A stretch of DNA of 64,000 nt from Bacteroidia bacterium (GCA_038215705.1 JBBQQQ010000010.1:452-64451); one strand, 5' to 3'. Positions 27,256 through 37,649 are shown, counted from the first letter of the stretch. Translations and numbers: made by a program. Notes: generated from the letters alone by a model not told the origin.

Positions 27256-28122
27256 ATGCCTTCAGGTAAATTTACGCATTACTTTTCACTGATAAAATTC
27301 AGTCATACCATCTTCGCACTTCCATTTGCGCTCATTGGTTTTCTTGCCGGGGCTAAAGCCGTGAACTTTGAATTTGATTCATGGTTGGTTTTACTGGTTT
27401 TATTATGCATGATTTTCGCACGGTCTGCAGCAATGGCATTTAACCGCTGGGCTGATCGTGAAATTGATGCGAAAAACAGCAGGACTGTGATCAGGGAAAT
27501 TCCGGCAGGCAAAATCTCCGCTTCATCGGCATTATTGTTTACGATACTGAATTGCATTGCTTTTATACTATCAACCTGGTTTATCAATCCAATATGTTTT
27601 TACCTCTCACCGGTTGCTCTTATTGTTATATTGGGATACAGTTACACCAAACGGTTTACTCCGTTTAGTCATGTGGTTCTTGGTGTGGGTTTATCATTAG
27701 CGCCAATTGGAGCCTATCTTGCAGTCACCGGTGAATTTGCAATTTTACCAATTTTGTTTTCGATAGCAGTGATGACGTGGGTCTCGGGCTTTGATATAAT
27801 TTATTCTTTGCAGGATGAAGAATTTGATAAACAACAAAAACTTTTTTCAATTCCTTCAGTTTTTGGAACTACAGTGTCACTGCGAATTTCCGAAGTGCTT
27901 CACCTCGTTGCTGCTATAGTATTGCTTGCTGCTTCCTTTTATGGAAATTATGGCTGGATTTACCTTTCGGGATGGGTAATTTTTTCAGGATTGCTCGTAT
28001 ACCAGCATACACTCGTTAAAGCAGGTGACCTGAGTAAAGTCAACCTGGCCTTTTTTACGACCAATGGAATTGCCAGCATTCTGCTTGCTGTTTTTACAGC
28101 GGCCGATATGTTATTCTTTTAA
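27256..28122 (+). CDS. UbiA-family polyprenyltransferase (MqnP/'ubiA-other' type)
   Basis: IKFSHTIFALPFA, ARSAAMAFNR.AD..IDA.N.RT..REIP.G, GFDIIY.LQD..FD, VN.AFFT.NG; TACTTTTG -7 box at 27244. Confidence 0.88.
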   Translation: MPSGKFTHYFSLIKFSHTIFALPFALIGFLAGAKAVNFEFDSWLVLLVLLCMIFARSAAMAFNRWADREIDAKNSRTVIREIPAGKISASSALLFTILNCIAFILSTWFINPICFYLSPVALIVILGYSYTKRFTPFSHVVLGVGLSLAPIGAYLAVTGEFAILPILFSIAVMTWVSGFDIIYSLQDEEFDKQQKLFSIPSVFGTTVSLRISEVLHLVAAIVLLAASFYGNYGWIYLSGWVIFSGLLVYQHTLVKAGDLSKVNLAFFTTNGIASILLAVFTAADMLFF

Positions 28123-28256
28123 CTGTTCCTTTCCCTGGGTGTCATAATGGAATTGTGAAGTAAACTGATTACATTCAGCTGGTTAAGCCAACTTTACCGA
28201 TTTGAAAGATCAGCCTTTTTTCCTTATTTTTGTAATCCGATTTTACCCCAGCTGCA

Positions 28257-30695
28257 ATGAACCCACCATATCCGACTAATTCCACCGATAACCAGGAACT
28301 TACTTATGCTGATTTTCGCCAGGTAATACTGAATGATTACAGGATAGCCAATGAAAGTCGTCAGACCAGTTTACTTGGAAGAAAAGAAGTTCTGACCGGC
28401 AAAGCGAAATTTGGAATTTTTGGAGATGGTAAGGAGATCGCCCAATTGGCAATGGCGAAAGTTTTTAAAAACGGAGATTTTCGTTCAGGGTATTATCGCG
28501 ATCAGACTTTCATGATGGCTACCGGATTGCTTACCATCCAGGAATTTTTTGCACAGTTGTATGCTCACCCCGATGTGAATGCCGACCCTTCTTCAGCAGG
28601 TCGCTTGATGAACGGGCATTATGCAACACGCTTACTCGATGAATCTGGCAACTGGAAAGATCTTACTTCATTAAAAAATTCATCAGCCGATATTTCTCCT
28701 ACAGCCGGTCAAATGCCGCGGTTACTCGGACTTGCACTGGCCTCAAAAATGTACCGGCAAAATCCGGAATTACACAGCGACAAATTCCGTAAATTTTCCA
28801 TTAAGGGAAATGAAGTTGCTTTTGGAACAATTGGTGATGCCTCTACATCGGAAGGGTTATTTTTTGAAACCATAAATGCCGCCGGAGTGCTTCAGGTTCC
28901 CATGGCAATTTCAGTATGGGATGATGGTTATGGAATTTCGGTCCCCAGTAAATTTCAAACCACCAAACAAAATATTTCTGAAGCACTAAAGGGTTTCGAA
29001 AGAACGGCAACACAGGAAGGTTTTCACATTGTGACAGGTAAAGGCTGGGATTACCCGGGACTTATTGAACTGTATGAAAAAGGAATTTCTGTTTGTCGTG
29101 ACCAACACGTTCCGGTTTTATTTCACATTCAGGAAATGACACAGCCGCAGGGCCATTCCACATCAGGGTCGCATGAGCGGTATAAATCAAAAGAGCGGCT
29201 AAAATGGGAAGAGGAATTTGATTGCTTACGCAAGATGCGGGAGTGGATGATACAGTCGGCAATTGCCACACCTGATGAATTGAATGCGATTGAAAGTGAT
29301 GCAAAAAAAGTAGTTGCTGAAGCTAAACGAAAAGCATGGGAAGCTTTTAAAAAGGATATCCGTGAGGAATTACTCGCAGCCGATGAACAAATGGCGCAAT
29401 TGCAGTCAGCATCGGACAACGGTGTTTTTATTGGTAAAATCAGGGAAGAACTCAATGGTAATCCGGAAGCGGAACGTAAAGATATTGCTGTGGCTGTAAA
29501 AGCATCGTTGCGACTGGCACGGGGTGAGAATTCGCAGGCGAAAAGTAATCTCATCAACTGGCTTGTGAATTGGGATCAGCAAAATCTCGACCGGTTCGAT
29601 TCCCATTTATACAGTCAGTCGCGCAATGCAGCCCTGCAGGTAACTCCTGTAGCACCTCAATTTGGTGAAACACCACATCTCGTCGATGGGCGTGAAATTT
29701 TGCTCGCGAATTTTGAGAAGCTCATGAATAAATATCCTGAAATGATTGCTTTTGGTGAAGATGTAGGTCACATCGGCGGTGTAAATCAAACCTGGGCAGG
29801 ATTGCAGGAAAAATTCGGATTGAACCGTGTTATGGATACCGGTATTCGTGAGGCCACCATTATCGGGCAGGGAATAGGAATGGCGTTGCGTGGTTTGCGG
29901 CCAATTGCAGAAATTCAATATCTCGACTATCTCGTATATGCCCTGAACGTTATTACCGATGATCTTGCTTGTTTGCAGTATCGTACAAAAGGCGGACAAA
30001 AAGCGCCGCTAATTATCAGTACGCGCGGTCACCGGCTCGAAGGCGTCTGGCACAGTGGTTCTCCAATATCCATGATGCTGGGCAGCATGCGGGGAATTTT
30101 TATTTTGTCACCACGCAATATGACACAGGCCGCGGGATTTTATAATACCATGATGGCGTCCGATGATCCTGCAATAATTATTGAACCGCTTAATGGCTAC
30201 CGAACCAAAGAGAATATGCCGCTTAATATCGGCGAGTATCGACTTCCACTGGGCATTCCGGAAACACTTTGTGAAGGCGATGATATCACCATCATTACGT
30301 ATGGTTCCTGTTGCCGCATTGTTATGGATGCCGTTAAACAATTGGAGCAGGTTGACATTAGCTGCGAGGTGATTGATGTGCAAACTTTATTGCCTTTTGA
30401 TATCAATCATGCAATTGTTGAATCTTTGAAGAAGACAAATAAAATTTTGTTTGTTGATGAGGATGTACCGGGTGGCGGAACAGCATATATGTTTCAGAAG
30501 GTCATGGAAGAGCAGGGTGGTTTTGATTTTCTTGAAATACCACCTGTTACTTTGGCTGCCAAAGATCATCGTCCCGCTTACGGTTCTGATGGCGATTATT
30601 ATTCCAAACCGAATGTGGAAGATGTTTTTGATACAGTGTATGAAATGATCCGCCGATGCAATCCAGGTTTATATCCCCCGGTTTATCACGCATGA
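28257..30695 (+). CDS. Fused alpha/beta E1 component of a 2-oxoacid (branched-chain type) dehydrogenase
   Basis: GDASTSEG...WDDGYGISVP TPP motif; GHSTSG; FGEDVG..GGV; DTGIRE; IAEIQ; transketolase C-terminal domain. Confidence 0.92.
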   Translation: MNPPYPTNSTDNQELTYADFRQVILNDYRIANESRQTSLLGRKEVLTGKAKFGIFGDGKEIAQLAMAKVFKNGDFRSGYYRDQTFMMATGLLTIQEFFAQLYAHPDVNADPSSAGRLMNGHYATRLLDESGNWKDLTSLKNSSADISPTAGQMPRLLGLALASKMYRQNPELHSDKFRKFSIKGNEVAFGTIGDASTSEGLFFETINAAGVLQVPMAISVWDDGYGISVPSKFQTTKQNISEALKGFERTATQEGFHIVTGKGWDYPGLIELYEKGISVCRDQHVPVLFHIQEMTQPQGHSTSGSHERYKSKERLKWEEEFDCLRKMREWMIQSAIATPDELNAIESDAKKVVAEAKRKAWEAFKKDIREELLAADEQMAQLQSASDNGVFIGKIREELNGNPEAERKDIAVAVKASLRLARGENSQAKSNLINWLVNWDQQNLDRFDSHLYSQSRNAALQVTPVAPQFGETPHLVDGREILLANFEKLMNKYPEMIAFGEDVGHIGGVNQTWAGLQEKFGLNRVMDTGIREATIIGQGIGMALRGLRPIAEIQYLDYLVYALNVITDDLACLQYRTKGGQKAPLIISTRGHRLEGVWHSGSPISMMLGSMRGIFILSPRNMTQAAGFYNTMMASDDPAIIIEPLNGYRTKENMPLNIGEYRLPLGIPETLCEGDDITIITYGSCCRIVMDAVKQLEQVDISCEVIDVQTLLPFDINHAIVESLKKTNKILFVDEDVPGGGTAYMFQKVMEEQGGFDFLEIPPVTLAAKDHRPAYGSDGDYYSKPNVEDVFDTVYEMIRRCNPGLYPPVYHA

Positions 30696-31501
30696 GCAAC
30701 CGGATCACTGAATCAGATTCCCATTACCAGTCACTGGAGCAAATGAGCACGCTCGAATTGCTGACCAGCATCAACAACGAAGATAAGACAGTTCCACAGG
30801 CAATCGAAAAAGCCATGCAGCAGGTTGTCGCTCTTGCGGATGCTGTTCATGCAAAAATGAAAAACGGTGGCCGGCTTTTTTATATCGGAGCCGGAACAAG
30901 CGGTCGCCTCGGAATTGTGGATGCATCAGAGTGTCCTCCCACTTATGGAATTGAACATGGTCGCGTGATAGGCATTATCGCAGGAGGTGACGCCGCAATC
31001 AGGAAAGCAGTTGAGTTTGCCGAAGATGATACGGAAGGTGCATGGAAGGATTTGTTGGCTTATAATGTCAATGACAATGATATCGTTGTCGGAATCGCAG
31101 CGTCAGGGTCGACACCTTACGTGGTTGGCGGATTGAAATCCTGTAAAGAAAAAAACATAGCTACCGGTTGTATTACCTGTAATCCCGGGGCACCGGTTTC
31201 TTTGGTAGCTGATTTTCCAGTTGAGGTAATTGTCGGCCCTGAATTCGTAACCGGTTCAACCCGTATGAAGGCTGGCACAGCTCAGAAACTGGTCCTGAAT
31301 ATGATTACCACATCAGTTATGGTAAAACTTGGAAGGGTGAGAGGCAATAAAATGGTCGATATGCAGCTTTCCAACAATAAACTCATCGACAGGGGAGCCA
31401 AAATGATAATGACTGCGCTTAAGATTGACGAAGCTACCGCCCTGGAGCTTCTCGAAAAACACGGAAGCGTGCGTAAGGCTATTGATAATTTTAAGCCGTA
31501 A
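30692..31501 (+). CDS. murQ: N-acetylmuramic acid 6-phosphate etherase
   Basis: GAGTSGRLGIVDASECPPTYG, GPEFVTGSTRMKAGTAQKLVLN; ATG at 30692 overlaps the upstream TGA (ATGA). Confidence 0.95.
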   Translation: MSNRITESDSHYQSLEQMSTLELLTSINNEDKTVPQAIEKAMQQVVALADAVHAKMKNGGRLFYIGAGTSGRLGIVDASECPPTYGIEHGRVIGIIAGGDAAIRKAVEFAEDDTEGAWKDLLAYNVNDNDIVVGIAASGSTPYVVGGLKSCKEKNIATGCITCNPGAPVSLVADFPVEVIVGPEFVTGSTRMKAGTAQKLVLNMITTSVMVKLGRVRGNKMVDMQLSNNKLIDRGAKMIMTALKIDEATALELLEKHGSVRKAIDNFKP

Positions 31502-31542
31502 ATAATCTTTACTTTTCAATACTAATTTCCCTTCTTTGACAT

Positions 31543-31550
31543 TAACTTTG
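31543..31550 (+). promoter_or_regulatory. sigma-A -7 box
   Basis: TAACTTTG, ~170 bp upstream of the ATG at 31722. Confidence 0.55.
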
Positions 31551-31556
31551 TAATAG

Positions 31557-31696
31557 GGAAATGACATTGGGTCAGCAGGAAATTGGATAATTGGATAATT
31601 CGGTTGCCAGCTCATTGGGTGGTCAACCTATTTCAGGCTACCTCAACTCGTCACTCATCACTCGTCACTCGTCACTCCTCCAATGTCCTAATTTCC
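31557..31696. repeat. Short-period repeat element: (a/c)ATTGG octamer copies and CACTC(G/A)T heptamers, enclosed by an imperfect inverted repeat
   Basis: ggaaatgacattgg ... ccaatgtcctaatttcc; aattggataattggataatt; ctcgtcactcatcactcgtcactcgtcactc. Confidence 0.6.
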
Positions 31697-31721
31697 AAAT
31701 GACTTAATTTTAATACTAAAA

Positions 31722-32291
31722 ATGCAAGACATAGAACCCTACTACCGGTGGCGTGATTTGTACACGTCGGAAGAGGATGAGTTATCACCCTTTTATGGTC
31801 GTGAGCATAGTGAATTTGAATATTCCAACACGATCTACAATTATTTTATTCATCCGCAATGGGATGATTTCGGATCGAACACCCTTTACCTTAAGGTATT
31901 GTTTGCCGACTATCAAATGCGCTTTGCCATTATTGAACTGATAGGAGAGTGGAATGATTGCATTAACAATGATGTGATGACTTTAAAACGCGATCTGATT
32001 GATGATTTGATCGGCAGAGGTATTCATAAATTTATTCTGATTGGAGAAAATGTACTTAATTTCCATGCTTCCGATGATTGTTACTACCAGGAGTGGTTTG
32101 AAGATGTACAGGAGGACGGTTGGGTAGCCGCAATCAATTTTCGCGATCATGTGCTGCATGAGTTTTCGCGCAACAACATTGATTACTACCTCGTTTATGG
32201 AGGTGAACTCGACGATTTTCCCTGGCGCACCTACAATCCCGTTCAGTTTTTTGCCCATGTGGAAAAAGTCATAAACAGGCGGTTGACATGA
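31722..32291 (+). CDS. Hypothetical cytoplasmic acidic/aromatic-rich protein
   Basis: 189-aa ORF with an A-rich initiation region; IHPQWDDFGS.TLYLK, IIELIGEWND, KFILIGENVLNFH look like conserved blocks. Confidence 0.8.
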   Translation: MQDIEPYYRWRDLYTSEEDELSPFYGREHSEFEYSNTIYNYFIHPQWDDFGSNTLYLKVLFADYQMRFAIIELIGEWNDCINNDVMTLKRDLIDDLIGRGIHKFILIGENVLNFHASDDCYYQEWFEDVQEDGWVAAINFRDHVLHEFSRNNIDYYLVYGGELDDFPWRTYNPVQFFAHVEKVINRRLT

Positions 32292-32317
32292 AGTGATATT
32301 TTTTGTATCCTTGTTTC

Positions 32318-33001
32318 ATGAACCGGTTTGCACTTATCGTTATAGTTATTGTTTCCGCAATTCCGATTCTACTATCTTCTCAGACTTCACAACAAGAGAA
32401 TCCACTTCCCGGGAAGGCTTCTTATTATGCAAAAAAATTTCATGGCAGGATGACGGCCAATGGAGAGATATTTAACAATTTTGATTACACCGCCGCCCAT
32501 CGCACCCTGCCCTTCAACACCTATCTGAATATTGTTAATCGTGATAATGGTTATAATATTATTGTCAGGGTGAACGACCGCGGTCCGTATGCGAAGAACA
32601 GGGTTATCGACTTATCGGAAGCTGCTGCACGGCGGATCGGTGGTTATCATCATGGCCTCGTACATGTGCGGCTCGAAGTGCTGAACCTGCTGCAGCCTAC
32701 TAAAGAGCTGCTTGAATTATATCATGCACATCCTGTTGTTGATTGTATGGGCAATGAAGCAGAACTGAAAGATCTTTCGTTATCACTATGGTCGACACAT
32801 GATTTGATTCATGCAATTTATGTTGCCAATGATTTATATCTGAAGGAACCTGTTGACGAAGTGCTGATCGGCATAAGAGATAAGGATGGTGTTAAAAAAT
32901 ATCACATTATTATTTCCGGAATAAAAGACAAAGCAGCAGCTGCTAAAATAAAAGATGAGTTTGAAAGAAAGGGATTCATGAATGTGAAATTATATTCATG
33001 A
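32318..33001 (+). CDS. rlpA: Septal ring lytic transglycosylase RlpA family protein
   Basis: GKASYYA.KFHGR.TANGE, TAAHRTLPF, VRVNDRGP...RVIDLS; ATG at 32318. Confidence 0.88.
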   Translation: MNRFALIVIVIVSAIPILLSSQTSQQENPLPGKASYYAKKFHGRMTANGEIFNNFDYTAAHRTLPFNTYLNIVNRDNGYNIIVRVNDRGPYAKNRVIDLSEAAARRIGGYHHGLVHVRLEVLNLLQPTKELLELYHAHPVVDCMGNEAELKDLSLSLWSTHDLIHAIYVANDLYLKEPVDEVLIGIRDKDGVKKYHIIISGIKDKAAAAKIKDEFERKGFMNVKLYS

Positions 33002-33481
33002 ATGGTTTTTAAGAAAAAGCTCCAACAGTAAACCCGAAACTTTTTGATCAATCGGAAAGGTAAAATCTTCCGGTACCAACTCTGAAATTGCAATCCACCT
33101 CAGACTTTGAGTTCCATCTTGCCGCTGACTGAAATCAAATTTTTTATCGGAAACGGAAATTGGGTTTTCTCCTGCTCGTTCAACAATATAGTATATACTT
33201 ATTACCTGTTGAGTGGGGTCAAAGACTGAAGCCTGAAAAAAATCGACCGTGTAAAAGTGTTCCCTGACAAAAATTTCAAGCTGCATCTCCTCCATAAATT
33301 CCCGTTTAATGCATTCATGAGTGCTTTCCCCGAATTGCAAGCCTCCCCCGGGGAATTTTGTTATATTTCTTTCGTGATGCACTTCATCGGAGACCAGTAG
33401 GGCACCTTTTTCAATTAATATTCCATAAACCCTTACATTAAAAATCGGACGGGGTAAGGAGTAATTCGTTGGTTCCTGCAT
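32996..33481 (-). CDS. Nudix hydrolase
   Basis: FNVRVYGIL; KFPGGGLQFGESTHECIKREFMEEM Nudix box. Confidence 0.9.
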   Translation of the reverse strand: MQEPTNYSLPRPIFNVRVYGILIEKGALLVSDEVHHERNITKFPGGGLQFGESTHECIKREFMEEMQLEIFVREHFYTVDFFQASVFDPTQQVISIYYIVERAGENPISVSDKKFDFSQRQDGTQSLRWIAISELVPEDFTFPIDQKVSGLLLELFLKNHS

Positions 33482-33645
33482 TGTAATTCTATTCTTACGG
33501 GAGGTTTATGACAGTTACAGTTTGCTATTTAAAATGAAACATTATTCATATTTCTTTCAAAGGTAACTCTTCGATTGCTTTCCCGCTAATTGGTCACGTA
33601 TAAAACCTATTTTTATGTTTCTCTGATCTTAAAATAAAGCAAACC

Positions 33646-34527
33646 ATGTTGGATAGAAGAATTTATGCCGGATTAATTGCGCTAATTACTGTTATTACCG
33701 CCTGCAGCAAAGATGATGATGCAACACCACAACCTGCACCGGCACCACCTCCTGCAGTTGGAATTACTGCACCTCCCGCTTCTTTCACAAAAAAAGTCCT
33801 GCTCGAATATCACACTGCCGCCTGGTGTGGCGCTTGCCCTGATGCGGAGGTTAAACGTCAGCAGGTTGCTGCTGCTTATCCGGGTAAAATTATTCCGGTG
33901 GCGTATCATCAGTCGGATGCTATGCAGATCCCGCTGTTCATGACTATTGACGCAACATTTGGATCTAATCCCACTTATGGGATGATCAACAGAATTCCAT
34001 CTCTAAATAATGTGCTTCTTAATCGCACCCAGTGGATGTCAAACACCTCTGCTCAGGTTTCCGGTGCCGCTAAATGCGGACTGGCTATACGCTCGGCTGT
34101 TTCCGGAACAACTGCGACTATTGAAGTGCAGGCAGCATTTCGCGAGAATTTATCAGGTCAGCACACAATTACTGTTTACCTTGTTGAAAATGATATTAGC
34201 GGCACTGGTGCATCGTACGACCAGGTAAATAATTACAATACCGATCAATCGAGTCCGTATTATAACCAGGGGAATCCAATTACAGGGTTCAAGCACCAGG
34301 CCGTGGCTCGAAAAGTTCTGACCGCAAATCTCGGTGATCCGGTTGATGCTTCTAAACTCGTTGCCGATGGTTTGTTAAAACAGAATTTCACTGCCGACCT
34401 TACGGGGATGGTGGCTGAGAAAGTTTTTGTAATTGCCTTTATCAATAAAACCGGTACGTCAGCAACTACGTATGAAATACTAAATGTTCAACAGGGAAAA
34501 CTGGGAACTCTTAAGAACTGGGATTAG
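33646..34527 (+). CDS. Omp28-related outer-membrane lipoprotein with thioredoxin-like CxxC
   Basis: Lipobox ITA-C + KDDD; KKVLLEY.TAAWCGACP; VYLVEN...H..V.R; VIAFI...EILNVQ. Confidence 0.85.
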   Translation: MLDRRIYAGLIALITVITACSKDDDATPQPAPAPPPAVGITAPPASFTKKVLLEYHTAAWCGACPDAEVKRQQVAAAYPGKIIPVAYHQSDAMQIPLFMTIDATFGSNPTYGMINRIPSLNNVLLNRTQWMSNTSAQVSGAAKCGLAIRSAVSGTTATIEVQAAFRENLSGQHTITVYLVENDISGTGASYDQVNNYNTDQSSPYYNQGNPITGFKHQAVARKVLTANLGDPVDASKLVADGLLKQNFTADLTGMVAEKVFVIAFINKTGTSATTYEILNVQQGKLGTLKNWD

Positions 34528-34529
34528 TT

Positions 34530-34557
34530 GCAGAGACACATTGTATTGCGTCTCTGC
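34530..34557. repeat. REP-like hairpin / bidirectional terminator
   Basis: gcagagacac-attgtatt-gcgtctctgc between convergent genes. Confidence 0.6.
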
Positions 34558-34589
34558 TCATATCGTCTTCGCTCGGCAAGATATTTTTA

Positions 34590-35027
34590 CTATTCTTCGT
34601 GCACTTCAATTTTCTTGATCAAATCACCTGCGCTGATATCATCAATTACATCAAGTCCGTCTACTACTCTTCCAAAACAGGTATGAACACGATCAAGGTG
34701 AGCAGTATTTTTTCTGCTATGGCAAACAAAAAATTGTGAACCACCGGTATCTTTTCCCGCATGAGCCATTGATAAAACACCGCGATCATGGTATTGGTTA
34801 TCGCCGGAAGTTTCACATTTGATTTTATATCCCGGCCCACCGGTTCCATCACCTTTCGGACAACCCCCTTGGATTACAAAATCAGGTATAACACGATGAA
34901 ATTTTAATCCGTTATAAAAACCTTTTTTAGCAAGGTTAATGAAATTATCAACGGTTCCCGGAGCATCTTTCTCAAAGAACTCTACTTCCATGTCACCTTT
35001 GTCGGTGTAAATTGTTGCTGTACGCAT
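34590..35027 (-). CDS. Cyclophilin-type peptidyl-prolyl cis-trans isomerase
   Basis: [38 protein letters not shown]. Confidence 0.95.
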   Translation of the reverse strand: MRTATIYTDKGDMEVEFFEKDAPGTVDNFINLAKKGFYNGLKFHRVIPDFVIQGGCPKGDGTGGPGYKIKCETSGDNQYHDRGVLSMAHAGKDTGGSQFFVCHSRKNTAHLDRVHTCFGRVVDGLDVIDDISAGDLIKKIEVHEE

Positions 35028-35134
35028 GTTTGTTTTTTAAATTAATTACTGAATGAATAGGTAAACTTTAGTAGTGTAAAATTAATTAATTTATTACCGT
35101 AAAAGAAGGATAAAACGGCAGGTCGGGATTAAAA

Positions 35135-35767
35135 TCATCCATATCGTTTCATCAATTCCCTGAACTCACTAATCATCATGGCTGTGCCTCCCCAAATGGA
35201 ATGACCGTTCATTTCAAAATAAGGTGCTTCAAGCAGGCCATAGGATGTGTGAAATTGTTTTGAATTTTGTTTAAGTTGCAGCAATTGACTGATGTGAACC
35301 GGAATCAGTGACCGTACTTCATCCGGATTGGGAATAAATCCGGGCATAGTTTCCATAATTCCCACATGCGGAATTACCAGGAAATTACTCGCCGGTATAA
35401 ATAACTGCGATAAGGGTCCCAGGATACGGATTTCGGATGCCGGCACCCCAATCTCTTCTTCAGTTTCCCTTAATGCCGTCCGAGCGGGTGTACCATCTTC
35501 TTCATCCATTTTACCTCCCGGGAAAGCAATCTGTCCGCTGTGAATACTTTCATCAATCGGCCGCTCAATAAATATTGTACTCAACTGGCCTTTTACATCC
35601 GGGTATAGTAAAATCATAACGCTGCTCAACCGGTGTGCAGGGTTTGCCTGTAACAACTCGTCTGTTGTCTTGCGAATTTTAGGCGCCATGAGATGCTGGG
35701 CAACTACTCCGGGCAGAGGATCCTGAAGCGCTTTTTCAATAAATGATATACCTTTTGAGAAGTTCAA
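35135..35767 (-). CDS. CoA pyrophosphatase (Nudix, NudL/PCD1 type)
   Basis: HSGQIAFPGGK...TALRETEEEIG, PNPDEV, IWG.TAM. Confidence 0.9.
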   Translation of the reverse strand: MNFSKGISFIEKALQDPLPGVVAQHLMAPKIRKTTDELLQANPAHRLSSVMILLYPDVKGQLSTIFIERPIDESIHSGQIAFPGGKMDEEDGTPARTALRETEEEIGVPASEIRILGPLSQLFIPASNFLVIPHVGIMETMPGFIPNPDEVRSLIPVHISQLLQLKQNSKQFHTSYGLLEAPYFEMNGHSIWGGTAMMISEFRELMKRYG

Positions 35768-35785
35768 TATTTTTAGCCTATTGTT

Positions 35786-35827
35786 TAGATGATAGGTATG
35801 TCAGATGATAAATGATAGATGATAGAT
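35786..35827 (-). repeat. Heptamer repeat tract (ATCATCT/ATCATTT on the transcribed strand)
   Basis: tagatgataggtatgtcagatgataaatgatagatgatagat; same family as 43826-43857. Confidence 0.65.
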
Positions 35828-35879
35828 ATTTTTATTTAGATATAATAATGTTTTTCAAACGAATTAATTCAATGCGTAT

Positions 35880-37649
35880 TTAAGAATCAGCTGTTATACC
35901 CGCCTCTTTCTGCCTTTCTCCGATTTGCTGTCTCCACATTGCGAAGTACAACCCATTTCGTTCGAGCAGTTCGTGATGCTTTCCTTTTTCTATTATTTGT
36001 CCTTTTTCAAGAACGTAGATACAATCAGAATGCATCACCGTGGATAAACGGTGCGCTATGAGAATGGTAATATGATTTCGGTTTCCGGAAATATCGCGAA
36101 TGGTTTCACTAATTTCTTCTTCAGTAAGGGAATCCAGCGCAGAGGTAGCTTCATCGAATACAAGAAGATTAGGCTGACGTAATAATGCACGCGCAATCGA
36201 TAATCGTTGCTTTTCACCACCGGAAACTTTTACACCGCCTTCACCGATCACAGAGTCTAAACCTTTATCGGCACGGGCAAGTAAACTCTGACAGGCTGCT
36301 TTATTGAGTACATCAATACATTGTGCATCGGTTGCAGTAGGATTCACAAACAACAAATTTTCACGAATGGTTCCCGAAAATAATTGTGTGTCCTGTGTAA
36401 CAAATCCAATCTGGTTGCGCAGCTCATCCATATTTACCTGGTCGTACCGGAAATTATTGTACAAAATTTCCCCCTTAAGCGGACGGTATAATCCAACAAG
36501 CATTTTTACAAGTGTGGTTTTGCCGGATCCGGAAGGCCCCACAAAAGCAATTGTTTCACCCAGCCCGGTTTGAAAATTAATATTGCTTATGGCATTATTA
36601 TTTGCAGACTGATGTTTAAAGGTAACATCGCGAAATTCAAGCCGGCTGATTTCACCCAGCTTAACCGGGTTAACGGGAGCCGGTTCTTTTTCCATCTGCA
36701 TAATATCTTCAAAATTTTTCAGCGACACTTCAGCCTCCCTGTATATATTAATTATATTTCCCATTTCCTGAAGCGGACCAAAAATGAAGAATGAATAAAT
36801 GAAAAGGGAGAAAAATTCACCGACAGTTATCTTTTCCATAAATACCAGGTACATCATAAAAAACAAAAGGCAGTTGCGAAGCAGGTTAACAAAAGTTCCC
36901 TGAATGAAACTGAGGCTGCGTATATACTTCACTTTTTTTAATTCGAGCTGGAGAATTTTATCAGTGGTCGTATTCAACCGGCTTATTTCCTGGTTGGCAA
37001 GTCCAAGGCTTTTCACCAGTTCAATATTCCGCAGCGACTCGGTAGTACTTCCTGCCAAAGCAGTGGTTTCAGCAACAATTTTCTTTTGTATCTTTTTAAT
37101 GCGTTTACTCAAAACGGAACTGAGTATTCCCAATAATGGAATCATCGAAAAATATACCGGGGCAATAAGCGGATACACCTGTATGGAATAAATGGTAACG
37201 AATACAATACCAACAATCGATGTAAAAAGAATATTTACAAAGGCCGAGATCAAACGCTCGGTGTCAATCCTCACTTTTTGCAGTTTCCCCAGCGTTTCAC
37301 CGCTTCGCTGGTCTTCAAAAACCTGGTAAGGGAGTTCAAGTGAATGTTTCAGACCGTCGGCATAAATCTGCGCTCCCAGCCGTTGTGTGATGGAGTTCAC
37401 ATAATAATCCTGGAAGTTTTTTGCCACCCGGCTAACAAATGCCGCTCCCATTGCCATACCAATTAGTAAACCCGCACCTTTAAGGAATTCCGGTGTAGTA
37501 TACCTTTCGGGATGAGTAACATAGTTATCAATAATTTTACGGAAAATCCACGGATCCAGCAATGAAAACACCTGGTTCACCGTTGCAAGGAATAAGGCAA
37601 GGAAAACGAGATTCTTGTAAAGAAGAAGATAATTATAAAGGGTTCTCAT
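35880..37649 (-). CDS. ABC exporter, fused permease + ATP-binding domain
   Basis: TM N-terminal half; GPSGSGKTT, VSGGEKQRLSIAR, VFDEATSALD, IAHRLST. Confidence 0.93.
   Translation of the reverse strand: MRTLYNYLLLYKNLVFLALFLATVNQVFSLLDPWIFRKIIDNYVTHPERYTTPEFLKGAGLLIGMAMGAAFVSRVAKNFQDYYVNSITQRLGAQIYADGLKHSLELPYQVFEDQRSGETLGKLQKVRIDTERLISAFVNILFTSIVGIVFVTIYSIQVYPLIAPVYFSMIPLLGILSSVLSKRIKKIQKKIVAETTALAGSTTESLRNIELVKSLGLANQEISRLNTTTDKILQLELKKVKYIRSLSFIQGTFVNLLRNCLLFFMMYLVFMEKITVGEFFSLFIYSFFIFGPLQEMGNIINIYREAEVSLKNFEDIMQMEKEPAPVNPVKLGEISRLEFRDVTFKHQSANNNAISNINFQTGLGETIAFVGPSGSGKTTLVKMLVGLYRPLKGEILYNNFRYDQVNMDELRNQIGFVTQDTQLFSGTIRENLLFVNPTATDAQCIDVLNKAACQSLLARADKGLDSVIGEGGVKVSGGEKQRLSIARALLRQPNLLVFDEATSALDSLTEEEISETIRDISGNRNHITILIAHRLSTVMHSDCIYVLEKGQIIEKGKHHELLERNGLYFAMWRQQIGERQKEAGITADS

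Noticed and set aside
30656-30691. N-terminal extension of MurQ given in the track
   Set aside because: The ATG at 30692 coupled to the upstream stop (ATGA) gives a normal-looking MurQ N-terminus
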